NCBI GenBank assembly: GCA_965552295.1
Contig: CBEVRO010000005.1
Location: 1-24,000, forward strand
Direction of reading: 5' to 3'
Origin: an uncultured archaeon
GTDB taxonomy: Archaea > Korarchaeota > Korarchaeia > Korarchaeales > Korarchaeaceae
DNA: 24,000 nucleotides
Shown here: piece by piece, positions 1 through 7,832 of the stretch
Layout of the letters: each line of letters opens with the position of its first letter
Position numbering within the stretch: position 1 is the stretch's first letter
Notes under the pieces: generated by a model
The model's input: only the letters and a program-made list of their open reading frames with translations
Database searches by the model: none
Told to the model about the DNA's origin: nothing
Position numbers and translations under genes: made by a program

Positions 1-203
1 AAGCCGATCTGGAGCAGTTTGGACGGAGGGTCATCTTCTCGAATGTTGAGAGACTAGTCTTTGCCGACGACGTCGACGCCGAGACCTTTGAGAAGTACGT
101 GGCGCTGATCAGAGACTGCGAGGAGGTTAGGGTCCCAAAGGGGATCTCCAAGCTTCTAGTGCTCTCAAAGTGCCGAGACGTCAGCAGGCTGGTTACCGAA
201 TAG
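1..203 (+). CDS. 3' end of an unidentified protein gene (5'-truncated by window edge)
   Basis: Reading codons from nt 3 is open to TAG at 201-203: ADLEQFGRRVIFSNVERLVFADDVDAETFEKYVALIRDCEEVRVPKGISKLLVLSKCRDVSRLVTE*. Codon style resembles neighbours. No family recognised. Absent from the ORF track, probably because it has no start in the window. Confidence 0.4.
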   Translation, partial: ADLEQFGRRVIFSNVERLVFADDVDAETFEKYVALIRDCEEVRVPKGISKLLVLSKCRDVSRLVTE

Positions 204-210
204 AGCGACA

Positions 211-240
211 GTCGTCCTCCATATTTTTCCTGAGGACGAC
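211..240 (+). promoter_or_regulatory. Perfect 9-bp inverted repeat bracketing a TATA-like box upstream of the RNase J-like gene
   Basis: GTCGTCCTC (211-219) and GAGGACGAC (232-240) are exact reverse complements. The 12-nt spacer contains ATATTTTT (221-228), about 30 nt upstream of the TTG at 258. The site is 8 nt after the upstream stop, so it could also act as a terminator hairpin. Confidence 0.4.
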
Positions 241-257
241 GTCCCATTCCCTTCTTT

Positions 258-1778
258 TTGAAGGACTGCCGTTGGAGAGACTGCGGAAACTCAATTAAGA
301 ACTTCAGCTCACAAGAGAACTCGTTGAGGATCACGTTCTACGGCGGCATTGGCGAGATCGGCGGAAACAAGATAATGGTGGAGTGTGAGAACTCAAGGCT
401 GCTGATAGACTTTGGGCGGAACTTCAGGCTTGAGGACTCCTTCTTCCAGTACCCCTACGACCCACCTCTTGACGTGAGAGATCTCGTGAGAACTGGAATC
501 GTGCCGGACCTCCCAGAACTCTACGCAGAAGGGGGCGCCGTCGAGGCGGTGATCGTCAGCCACGCTCACACAGACCACTACGGACACATCCCCCTCCTGG
601 CTCAGGGGACTAGAGTTCTGATGGGGGAGACCGCGAAGATGATAATAGACGCGCGGCTCGAGTCCATGGCCAGGCCAGGCTGGATGGAGAAGGTAGATCA
701 CCTTCATATCGAGACTTTTCGAACGGGAGATGAGATTGAACTCGGTCCCTTCAGGGTCAGGCCCGTACACGTTGACCACTCGGTTCCTGGGGCCTACGGC
801 CTGCTTATCGACTGTGGAGGGGTTACTCTAGCCTACTCCGGAGATTTGAGGCTCCACGGCGAGGCTGGAGAGCTGACGCTCGACTTCGTACGCGAGGCCT
901 CGGCCTGGTCCCCTCAGATCTTGATGCTCGAAGGCACTAGAGTGGCGCCTGAGTCGGATCCTGAGGCTGCAGCGGCGAGGCTGTTCGAGCAGATGCTCGC
1001 CCTCAGGCTGAGGGACAGGATCCCGAAGAGGGTCGCCATGGAGGCAAACACAGAGGCTGGAGTTCTAGAGGCTCTCAGGGGGGTTCTAGACGACCACGCC
1101 GACAACTTAGTCATGGTCGAGTCTGCGTGGGCCGACGTGGATAGGATGAGGACTGTGTGGAGGGCCGCTTCAGCCAGCGGCCGGCGTCTGCTGATGGACG
1201 AGAAGGCTGCGTACCTGCTGGATAAGATGAGGAGAGACCCCAAGCTCGGTGGGCTGCCCCCAATTGCAGAGATATCCGTCATGGTGTGGCGGAGAAGGAG
1301 GACAGAGCGTCCAGCCAGCAGGGCGCTCTCTGAGGCCCTCGACAGGTTCGAGGATGAAGGTTGTGAGGTGATGTCGGCTCAGGAAGCGGCGAGGGAGGTT
1401 TGGGCAAGCCCGGGCTCTTTCCTGTTCTTGACGAGCCAGCCTACCAGAGCCCTTAAGGACCTCATGGCTGGAGGAGACGGCAGGGGCAAGCTGACCTACG
1501 TGATGAGCAGGTCCGAGCCATTCACCGAGGAGATGGTGATAGGCCTTGACAGGCTGCTAAACTGGCTCGCTCTCTACGGGGTCAGGAGCTACTTTAGAAT
1601 ACATGTCTCAGGCCATGCCTCTCCTCAAGATCTCGGCAGAATAGCGGACGAGATAGGCCCCGAGGTGGTCTTGCCCATTCACACTGAGCACCCTGATCTG
1701 TTCGCCATGTACCTGCCGCGCGATCTCAGAAGGCGTCTGATCTTGGCCAGGCTGGCTGAGCCGATTCCCATACACTAG
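258..1778 (+). CDS. rnj: Metallo-beta-lactamase / beta-CASP ribonuclease, archaeal RNase J-like
   Basis: N-terminus LRITFYGGIGEIGGNKIMVE...LLIDFG, then the HxHxDH motif (SHAHTDHYGH) and later HVDHSVPGAYG and YSGDLR. The beta-CASP C-terminal motifs VSGHAS and PIHTEH are present. The start is uncertain: TTG at 258 or the in-frame TTG at 324 just before LRITFYGG. Confidence 0.8.
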   Translation: MKDCRWRDCGNSIKNFSSQENSLRITFYGGIGEIGGNKIMVECENSRLLIDFGRNFRLEDSFFQYPYDPPLDVRDLVRTGIVPDLPELYAEGGAVEAVIVSHAHTDHYGHIPLLAQGTRVLMGETAKMIIDARLESMARPGWMEKVDHLHIETFRTGDEIELGPFRVRPVHVDHSVPGAYGLLIDCGGVTLAYSGDLRLHGEAGELTLDFVREASAWSPQILMLEGTRVAPESDPEAAAARLFEQMLALRLRDRIPKRVAMEANTEAGVLEALRGVLDDHADNLVMVESAWADVDRMRTVWRAASASGRRLLMDEKAAYLLDKMRRDPKLGGLPPIAEISVMVWRRRRTERPASRALSEALDRFEDEGCEVMSAQEAAREVWASPGSFLFLTSQPTRALKDLMAGGDGRGKLTYVMSRSEPFTEEMVIGLDRLLNWLALYGVRSYFRIHVSGHASPQDLGRIADEIGPEVVLPIHTEHPDLFAMYLPRDLRRRLILARLAEPIPIH

Positions 1779-1812
1779 AGCGCAGGTTTATCGAGTCCCT
1801 CGGCCAGATGTT

Positions 1813-2949
1813 TTGAGGAGGGTGGGTACCTGCCAGCTGTGCGGTCGAAAAGACGTGACGATTAGCGACGTTATAGGAGTCTGCGCGGACTGCCTAAGAG
1901 ACAAGCCCTCTGAAGCCACTGAGATAGCCCTCAGAATCCACAAAAAATGGAGGGGAAGGATTGGCCTACCCCCCGAACCCCCTAGGGATCCAGGGGGGAG
2001 GAAGTGCCGAGTGTGCGTGAATGAATGCTCAATACCGGATGGGGGAGTGGGCTACTGCGGCGTTGTCGAGAACAGAGGCGGCGCGCTGGTTCCGGCCACC
2101 GGCAGCTGGAGAGTGGCCGCCGGTCTATGGTACTACGACCCTCACCCCACCAACTGTGTCTCTATGCACTTCTGCCCAGGGGCGACCTGCAGGGGGTACC
2201 CGGAGTACACCGATGTGTGCGGTCCAGAGACGGGGATGTACAACTTGGCAGTGTTCTACGGGGCCTGCGGACTTGACTGCGTCTTCTGCCAGAATTGGGA
2301 GCACAAGTACATCGCGGTGAGGCGAGATCGCCTCATGACCCTCGATGAGCTGGTCTCGGCGGGGAAGAGCAAGAAGGTAACGTGCGTGTGCTACTTCGGC
2401 GGAGATCCAGCCCCTTTTAGCGCGCACGCCATAGCAGTCTCTAGAGAGCTTGCAGAAGAGGCGAGGGGTTCCGGGAGGAAGTTCAGAGTGTGCTGGGAGA
2501 CCAACGGGATAGTCAACCCTAGGATATTCAGAGCGTGGGTGGATCTAGCCGTGGCCACGGGCGGGAACACAAAGATCGACTTCAAGGCTTGGACCCCCTC
2601 AATCTACGTGGCGCTCACGGGCGTAGACGCGAGGGACAGGGTGCTAGAGAACCTCAGGCAGGCTGCGTCCAGGGTGGAGGAAAGGCCCGACCCGCCGCCG
2701 CTGACCGTGAGCATCCTCTTAGTCCCAGGTTACGTCGACGAAGAGGAAGTCGCGCAGATAGCGAGGGAGGTAGCTCGACTAGACGCTCGCATCCCCATCG
2801 TATTGCTGGCGTTTAAGCCAGATCACCTCCTTAGAGACCTCCCGACAACGAGTCGGAGACACGCTGAAGCAGCTGCCAAGGCGGCTGAGGCAGAGGGAAT
2901 CCAAGAGGTCCAGCTGGCCAACGTGTGGCTGTTAGGGCGGGCTTATTGA
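1813..2949 (+). CDS. Radical SAM enzyme, PflA/AmrS-related, with N-terminal zinc ribbon
   Basis: CxxxCxxC radical SAM triad in GACGLDCVFCQNWEHK. An upstream Cys-rich segment (CRVCVNECSIPDGGVGYCG) is typical of the PflA-like activase family. The N-terminus carries CQLCG...CADC (CxxC-x16-CxxC). TTG start at 1813, with an alternative GTG at 1822. Confidence 0.75.
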   Translation: MRRVGTCQLCGRKDVTISDVIGVCADCLRDKPSEATEIALRIHKKWRGRIGLPPEPPRDPGGRKCRVCVNECSIPDGGVGYCGVVENRGGALVPATGSWRVAAGLWYYDPHPTNCVSMHFCPGATCRGYPEYTDVCGPETGMYNLAVFYGACGLDCVFCQNWEHKYIAVRRDRLMTLDELVSAGKSKKVTCVCYFGGDPAPFSAHAIAVSRELAEEARGSGRKFRVCWETNGIVNPRIFRAWVDLAVATGGNTKIDFKAWTPSIYVALTGVDARDRVLENLRQAASRVEERPDPPPLTVSILLVPGYVDEEEVAQIAREVARLDARIPIVLLAFKPDHLLRDLPTTSRRHAEAAAKAAEAEGIQEVQLANVWLLGRAY

Positions 2950-2975
2950 TCAGAAAAAGGAGGGCTTGAAGCCTC

Positions 2976-3425
2976 TCATTCGGTGAGAGTCTTCACGATG
3001 CCGTAGAGTATCAGGAGCCCTATCACGATGAACGCAAGGTCGTAGACGACGTTAGCCACGTTAGCTAGCGGTGTGAATAGCCTGATTACCTCGATGACGG
3101 GCCCTCTTAGGGCCACATAGAGTATGGCCACGACTGCTAGGTCAAGTATGCTGTTCGTCACTCCTGAAGCCGCTCTAGCCTTGTCCGGTATGCTCTCCCG
3201 GTATATAGAGTCAAGCGGGCCTCCGATCCCCTTGATGAGACCGGCAATAACTATGGCGAGGAGTATAGCCAGGCCGTCCGGCAGTATGATTGTTGGCTTT
3301 TCAACAAGCGTAATGCTGCTCAAAGGCTGGTAGAAAACCACTCTTATCAGCCACCAGAGGATGAATGTGATCACTATGGCGGAGATCTGCCTGATTAGGG
3401 CTTTAGCTCCAATCTTGGCCGACAT
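2976..3425 (-). CDS. Small integral membrane protein (about 4 predicted TM helices), function unknown
   Basis: 149 aa with four hydrophobic stretches: AIVITFILWWLIRVVF, GLAILLAIVIAGLI, ILDLAVVAILYVAL and VVYDLAFIVIGLLILYGIV. ATG start. A TTTTATTTTC box lies on the minus strand at 3461-3470, about 40 nt upstream. No family recognised. Confidence 0.6.
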   Translation of the reverse strand: MSAKIGAKALIRQISAIVITFILWWLIRVVFYQPLSSITLVEKPTIILPDGLAILLAIVIAGLIKGIGGPLDSIYRESIPDKARAASGVTNSILDLAVVAILYVALRGPVIEVIRLFTPLANVANVVYDLAFIVIGLLILYGIVKTLTE

Positions 3426-3460
3426 CGATCACACCCAACTCTGGCTCCGATCTAGCCAAT

Positions 3461-3470
3461 GAAAATAAAA
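3461..3470 (-). promoter_or_regulatory. A/T-rich box: candidate TATA for the 149-aa membrane gene and/or T-tract terminator for the helicase gene
   Basis: The minus-strand sequence reads TTTTATTTTC. It lies 55 nt downstream of the helicase stop and about 40 nt upstream of the ATG at 3425. Confidence 0.35.
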
Positions 3471-3524
3471 CCTCTCGCGAGTTGGATGTCGCACATCAAA
3501 CTTTGCACATGTCGCAGAACGCGG

Positions 3525-6500
3525 CTACTTTTCGAGCCTCTTCAGCGCTAGAGCGAGCTTGAGCAGGAGTTCTGCGTTGTCCCTCACGTAGTCTTCAGCC
3601 TTCCCCCTAAGGTACTTGGTGAATCTAGGCCAAAGAGCCTCTCTCCTCTCCTGGAGCAGGCTGATCGACCTCTCCAGCTCCTTTCGAACGTCGTCGAGAG
3701 GAATCCTCTTCTCCCAACCAATGGCCTCGACTAAGGACTCTAATGGAGCCATTTCCACTCCGAGAACGCTCCTAGCAAGGGGGAGCACCTCAATCAGCCT
3801 CTCCTTACGCTTGAGTCCTTCAAGCAGCATCGCCAGAGTCACTGATCCTGCTTCAGACAGCGTTTTCATGAGCGATTCGGCTTCATAGACCACGAAGGTG
3901 AATCCCTCGTCCACCAGAGATCCGACCTGCGTCGGCACCTTCTCCCACCCTCCGGGCTGGAAGAATTCTCGCCAGGCCACCTCGCTCGTCAAGGTCTCGC
4001 CGTCAAAGACGGCCGCAGCCACTAGAGTAACCTGCTCACCGACTGGGAGGGCCACGGCATCTAAAGCGGCCATCCTGAGGGCTCTAGAGGGCTTCGGCAC
4101 CGGGACCTCCCTGCCGGCAATCTTGAGCAGGATGCTGTCCCTCAGCAGTAGGTACTCCACGGCTCTTCGAGCCCACAACCTGGCCAGGTCCCACCTCGCG
4201 CCCGAACTCAGCAGCGTGAGCCTGGCCTGCTCGTCTATCTGCTCGAGCAGGACGTCCACCATGTCGTCGGGCTCGAAGGAGTCTACCTCCTTGAGCACCT
4301 GCACCCAGTCCAGCGTCTCGAGCAGTCCAGCGCTCTCCGGCTCGTGGAGCGACATGATCTTCCTGTCGCCCACATTAGAGAGGCTGTAGGTTATGGACTC
4401 AAGCTCTATTCCCATCCTAAGCCTGAGCACCACCATCAGGAACGCCAGGCCGACCCTCAACCACTCTAGATCCTCTCCAGGCTCGAGCTCCACGGAGATC
4501 CCGTACGTGTAGTCTCTGTACCTACCTCCAGTTGGCCCAATCACGGGTAGGCTCCTCCTGTCGACCACAAAGTAGGTCCTGTCGCCAGAGATCACGGGCC
4601 TGTACTTCCCAGACCTCAGAACCCAGTACACCCTATTGGGCGTCTTTACTAGGAGGTCAAAGCCCCTCCTAGGCGGGTCAACCACGCAGATAACCTCGCT
4701 GTGGAGTCTGCCCCTGTAGTAGTCGCCAACTACGTCTGGGTCCTCCCCCCAGTTCATCTTCACTCTGGCGTACTCCTCGTAGGCGTGGGCCAGCGGGTCA
4801 TATGAGAGAACCGTTCTAATGCTCAGAGACCTCTCCACGACCCCCGTTATGACCCGCCCTCTCTTGAGGAGGTCTACCACAATCGCGTTGGCCGAGTAGT
4901 CTATGCACCCTGGCTGGAACCTCTCCACCAGGTCGCAGTGGCCTATGTCCTCCAAGTACTTCTCCTCCTCGTCCTCTACCAAGAGCCTCTTCATTCCGTA
5001 CGGCGGCCCGAACTCGTAGAAGTTCATGTAGGACCAGGTCCTCTTCCCCTTCTCAGTCAGCCCTCCCGGCTCTATTAGGCCCAGCTCCTTGAGGAGCGAG
5101 ACCTCCTCTTCCGTCAGGAACCGCCTAAGATCTGGGTTGACCGCCTTAAACAGCCCCTCAAAAAGCGTGGAGTACTTGTTCTTTGGGTTCACCAAAGCCT
5201 TCTCCAGCGGTAGCTCCACCCACCTCCTCAGAGTCTCCGCTCCCCTCATCAGGAGCTCTCTATCCCAGCTGGAGAGGGGCAGTATGATTGACTCCGTGAA
5301 CTCTATCTCCTCCCTCCTGCCCTTGCGGCCCTCCCTCTGCCTGAACTCCCTCACCGTGGGGGGCAAGCCCACGTGAATGACCCTGATGACCCCGCCTATG
5401 TCTATCCCCTGCGCTAGAGTCCTGGGCGAGATGAGGACGGTGACCTCTCCCTCCCTCGCGCCCCTCTCTATCTCAACCCGCTCCTGCTTTGGAACCAAGT
5501 GGTGGTGCGCCGCGATCCTCTCGGACATCTCCCCCAGCTCTAGAGAGGTTCTCCTCCTCAGCTCCTCGGCGTAGCGGATGCTCCTAGTGAAGACCAACGT
5601 GACTCCCTCGTCATCCGCGTACTCCGCTATGATCTCAGAGGGGTCGACAGCAGGGCTCGGGACCTGGATGCCTGCCCACCTGGCTGCCTCGATCACCTTG
5701 AAGGCAGACACCTTGAACTTGTCGAAGTCTTCGAGGGCGTCGAGGATGTCCTGACCCACCCCGGCGGACTTGAGTTCCTCGCGCTTCTCCCTGAGACCCT
5801 CCCAGATCGCCCTGAGATTCTTGCCCAGGACGACGTAAATCCTGTTCTCCGCTCTGAAGGGCCGGCCTCTGATTACACTCGTGTTCCTTCCATTGATTTC
5901 TGTCAGGGCCGCGGCAAGCTCGTCCGGGTTACCCAGCGTAGCCGTGAGTATGGCTATCTGGAACTTCCTGCCCGTAAGCAGGGTCATGAGGCGAATCATG
6001 GAGATTAGCAGCGCCAGCTCCCTCGGGCCGTAGAAATCCAACTCGTCCAGGACCAAGAGGCCCAGCCTAAGGCAGTACTGACGGAGCAAGGCTCCCTTAG
6101 ACACCCACCTCTTCATGTCGTTCAGCAGGAATGCCGGGTTCGTGACTATCAGATCGGCCTGAGACAGCGCGCTCCTCAGGCCCGCCGTGCCGAGGGTCGA
6201 CCTCAGCTTGTCGCGCCTCATGGCGTCGATTGGCATCACTCTAGCGCCGAGAGACTCGCAGTAGTCCTCGAGCCTCCTGACCTGGTCGTTGGCCAAAGCA
6301 AGCGTTGGATACACGACCAAGGTTCTGACGCCAGCCTTGGCAGCATATGCGAACCAGGCCTCGGTCTTGCCGCTGCCCGCGCCGGAGATTAGGATGACGT
6401 TTTCTCCTCTCTCGAGAGCCTCAATAGCCTCCTGCTGGTGCCTGTACAACTTCATCGCAGCTATCCTGCGTGAGAGCGGTCCTCCCTCCGACAGCCCGGG

Positions 6501-6611
6501 AAGTAGGTCCTGAAACGTCTTGTCTACCCGTTCTGGCCTCTCTGCGGGTTCTTTGAAGCTGTAGAAGTCGTATCCCAGCCCAGCCAGTATCTTGGAAGAG
6601 TCGAGGGGCAA
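3525..6611 (-). CDS. Large SF2 DEAD/DEAH-box helicase, MrfA/YprA/Hel112-like (COG1205-like), with long unassigned C-terminal region
   Basis: Motif I ISGAGSGKTEAW, Ia PTLALANDQ, II LVLDELDFY, III ILTATLGNP and VI FRQREGRKGRR are all present. The post-core segment FQPGCIDYSANAIVVDLL resembles the OB-like segment of YprA/MrfA-type helicases. About 570 residues follow the helicase core. TTG start at 6611. Confidence 0.85.
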   Translation of the reverse strand: MPLDSSKILAGLGYDFYSFKEPAERPERVDKTFQDLLPGLSEGGPLSRRIAAMKLYRHQQEAIEALERGENVILISGAGSGKTEAWFAYAAKAGVRTLVVYPTLALANDQVRRLEDYCESLGARVMPIDAMRRDKLRSTLGTAGLRSALSQADLIVTNPAFLLNDMKRWVSKGALLRQYCLRLGLLVLDELDFYGPRELALLISMIRLMTLLTGRKFQIAILTATLGNPDELAAALTEINGRNTSVIRGRPFRAENRIYVVLGKNLRAIWEGLREKREELKSAGVGQDILDALEDFDKFKVSAFKVIEAARWAGIQVPSPAVDPSEIIAEYADDEGVTLVFTRSIRYAEELRRRTSLELGEMSERIAAHHHLVPKQERVEIERGAREGEVTVLISPRTLAQGIDIGGVIRVIHVGLPPTVREFRQREGRKGRREEIEFTESIILPLSSWDRELLMRGAETLRRWVELPLEKALVNPKNKYSTLFEGLFKAVNPDLRRFLTEEEVSLLKELGLIEPGGLTEKGKRTWSYMNFYEFGPPYGMKRLLVEDEEEKYLEDIGHCDLVERFQPGCIDYSANAIVVDLLKRGRVITGVVERSLSIRTVLSYDPLAHAYEEYARVKMNWGEDPDVVGDYYRGRLHSEVICVVDPPRRGFDLLVKTPNRVYWVLRSGKYRPVISGDRTYFVVDRRSLPVIGPTGGRYRDYTYGISVELEPGEDLEWLRVGLAFLMVVLRLRMGIELESITYSLSNVGDRKIMSLHEPESAGLLETLDWVQVLKEVDSFEPDDMVDVLLEQIDEQARLTLLSSGARWDLARLWARRAVEYLLLRDSILLKIAGREVPVPKPSRALRMAALDAVALPVGEQVTLVAAAVFDGETLTSEVAWREFFQPGGWEKVPTQVGSLVDEGFTFVVYEAESLMKTLSEAGSVTLAMLLEGLKRKERLIEVLPLARSVLGVEMAPLESLVEAIGWEKRIPLDDVRKELERSISLLQERREALWPRFTKYLRGKAEDYVRDNAELLLKLALALKRLEK

Positions 6612-6637
6612 CTTGTTGGCCCTCAGTTTTCCGTAGA

Positions 6638-6654
6638 GATTAACCGGATTAAAT
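6638..6654. promoter_or_regulatory. Divergent promoter region (two A/T boxes) between helicase and prolidase genes
   Basis: GATTAACCGGATTAAAT contains the direct repeat GATTAA twice. On the minus strand TTAATC lies about 30 nt upstream of the helicase TTG at 6611. On the plus strand ATTAAAT lies about 36-42 nt upstream of the GTG at 6687. Confidence 0.3.
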
Positions 6655-6686
6655 GATCACCAGTTATAGGCCAGAGGTGACCGTCC

Positions 6687-7832
6687 GTGGACGTCAGCAG
6701 GGGCGAGTATGAAAATCGGATCTCAAAGCTCAGGAATTGGATGGCTGAGAGAAGAGTGGACGCGGCCGTAATCAGTCCGGGGAGTAACATGAGGTACCTC
6801 AGCGGTACTGAGAACGCCGGGATGATGGTGATCCCCTTGGACGGGGAGCCGTTCCTTATCGCGCAGTACGCCTTTGGAGACGGGCTTGCTGAGGAGGAGT
6901 CCTTCCTAGAGGTTCGGATTGTTAAGCCCAGGTACGGCCTCTCGGCCAAGGAGGTCGTCAAGGCCGATCTCGCCAAGGCTGCCGTGGAGTGGCTCAAGGA
7001 GAGCGGCGTGAAGGTTAGGAGGCTCGCCGTTGAGAAGTCTAAGGAGGGGAAGTTCCTCAGGGACCTCAGGAAGGCCTTCAAGAGGGCGAGGAGGAGAGTC
7101 CTGTTTGTAGACCTGAGCAACGTACTGAGGGACATGAGAGCTGTGAAGTCCGAGGAGGAGGTGAAGCTCATCGAGGAGAGCGCTAAGATAGCCATAGCGG
7201 CCTTCGAGGACGCGGCAGAGCAGCTGAGGGAGGGGGCCTCTGAGGCGGAGATCGCCAACAGGCTGGAGTACGCCATCAGGGAGAGGGGGGCCGAGGGACC
7301 CAGCTTCGATTCGATCGTGGCGTTTGGTGAGCACACGTACAACGCTCACCACGTGCCGACGAGCAGGAGGCTGAAGAAGGGCGAGCTCGTGCTCTTCGAC
7401 TTCGGAGCACGGTTCAAGGGGTACTGCAGCGACATGACGCGAACGTTCGTCTTCGGGCGGGAGCCCACAGCCGGGCTGAGAGAGAGGATGGAGGCTGTCA
7501 TTAGCGCTCAGCAGGCCGCGTTGGGGGTCATCAGGGGAGGCGTTCGGATAGAGGTCCCCGACATAGAGGCCAGGAAGGCGCTCACGAATAGGGGCCTAGC
7601 CGAGGAGTTCGTTCACAGTCTCGGCCACGGCGTGGGTCTCGACATTCACGAGTATCCCAGGCTCCTAGTTGGGCAGGAAGGCGAGCTGAAGGAGGGAATG
7701 ACCGTTACGGTGGAGCCGGGGATCTACATTAAGGGGTGGGGCGGTATTCGGTTCGAGGACACGGTGGTCGTTGGTAGGAACTCCCCAAAGATCCTCACGC
7801 AGGCCCTGGGGAAGGACCTCAGGGTAGGGTGA
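6687..7832 (+). CDS. pepQ: Xaa-Pro dipeptidase / aminopeptidase, peptidase family M24B
   Basis: Signature HSLGHGVGLDIHEYP, plus metal-ligand contexts LFDFGA, CSDMTRTF, TVEPGIY and IRFEDTVVV. The GTG start at 6687 is preceded by a strong Shine-Dalgarno GAGGTGA (6674-6680) with 6-nt spacing. Confidence 0.85.
   Translation: MDVSRGEYENRISKLRNWMAERRVDAAVISPGSNMRYLSGTENAGMMVIPLDGEPFLIAQYAFGDGLAEEESFLEVRIVKPRYGLSAKEVVKADLAKAAVEWLKESGVKVRRLAVEKSKEGKFLRDLRKAFKRARRRVLFVDLSNVLRDMRAVKSEEEVKLIEESAKIAIAAFEDAAEQLREGASEAEIANRLEYAIRERGAEGPSFDSIVAFGEHTYNAHHVPTSRRLKKGELVLFDFGARFKGYCSDMTRTFVFGREPTAGLRERMEAVISAQQAALGVIRGGVRIEVPDIEARKALTNRGLAEEFVHSLGHGVGLDIHEYPRLLVGQEGELKEGMTVTVEPGIYIKGWGGIRFEDTVVVGRNSPKILTQALGKDLRVG

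Noticed and set aside
3616-6513. Several 65-163-aa plus-strand ORFs within the helicase gene.
   Set aside because: They are Ser-rich antisense shadows of a gene with a complete SF2 motif set.
6623-7342. 239-aa minus-strand ORF (also 6906-7352) overlapping pepQ.
   Set aside because: It is Ser/Leu/Ala-rich and low in complexity, with no motifs. It is fully antisense to a gene with clear M24 signatures. This is a typical shadow ORF of GC-rich coding DNA.
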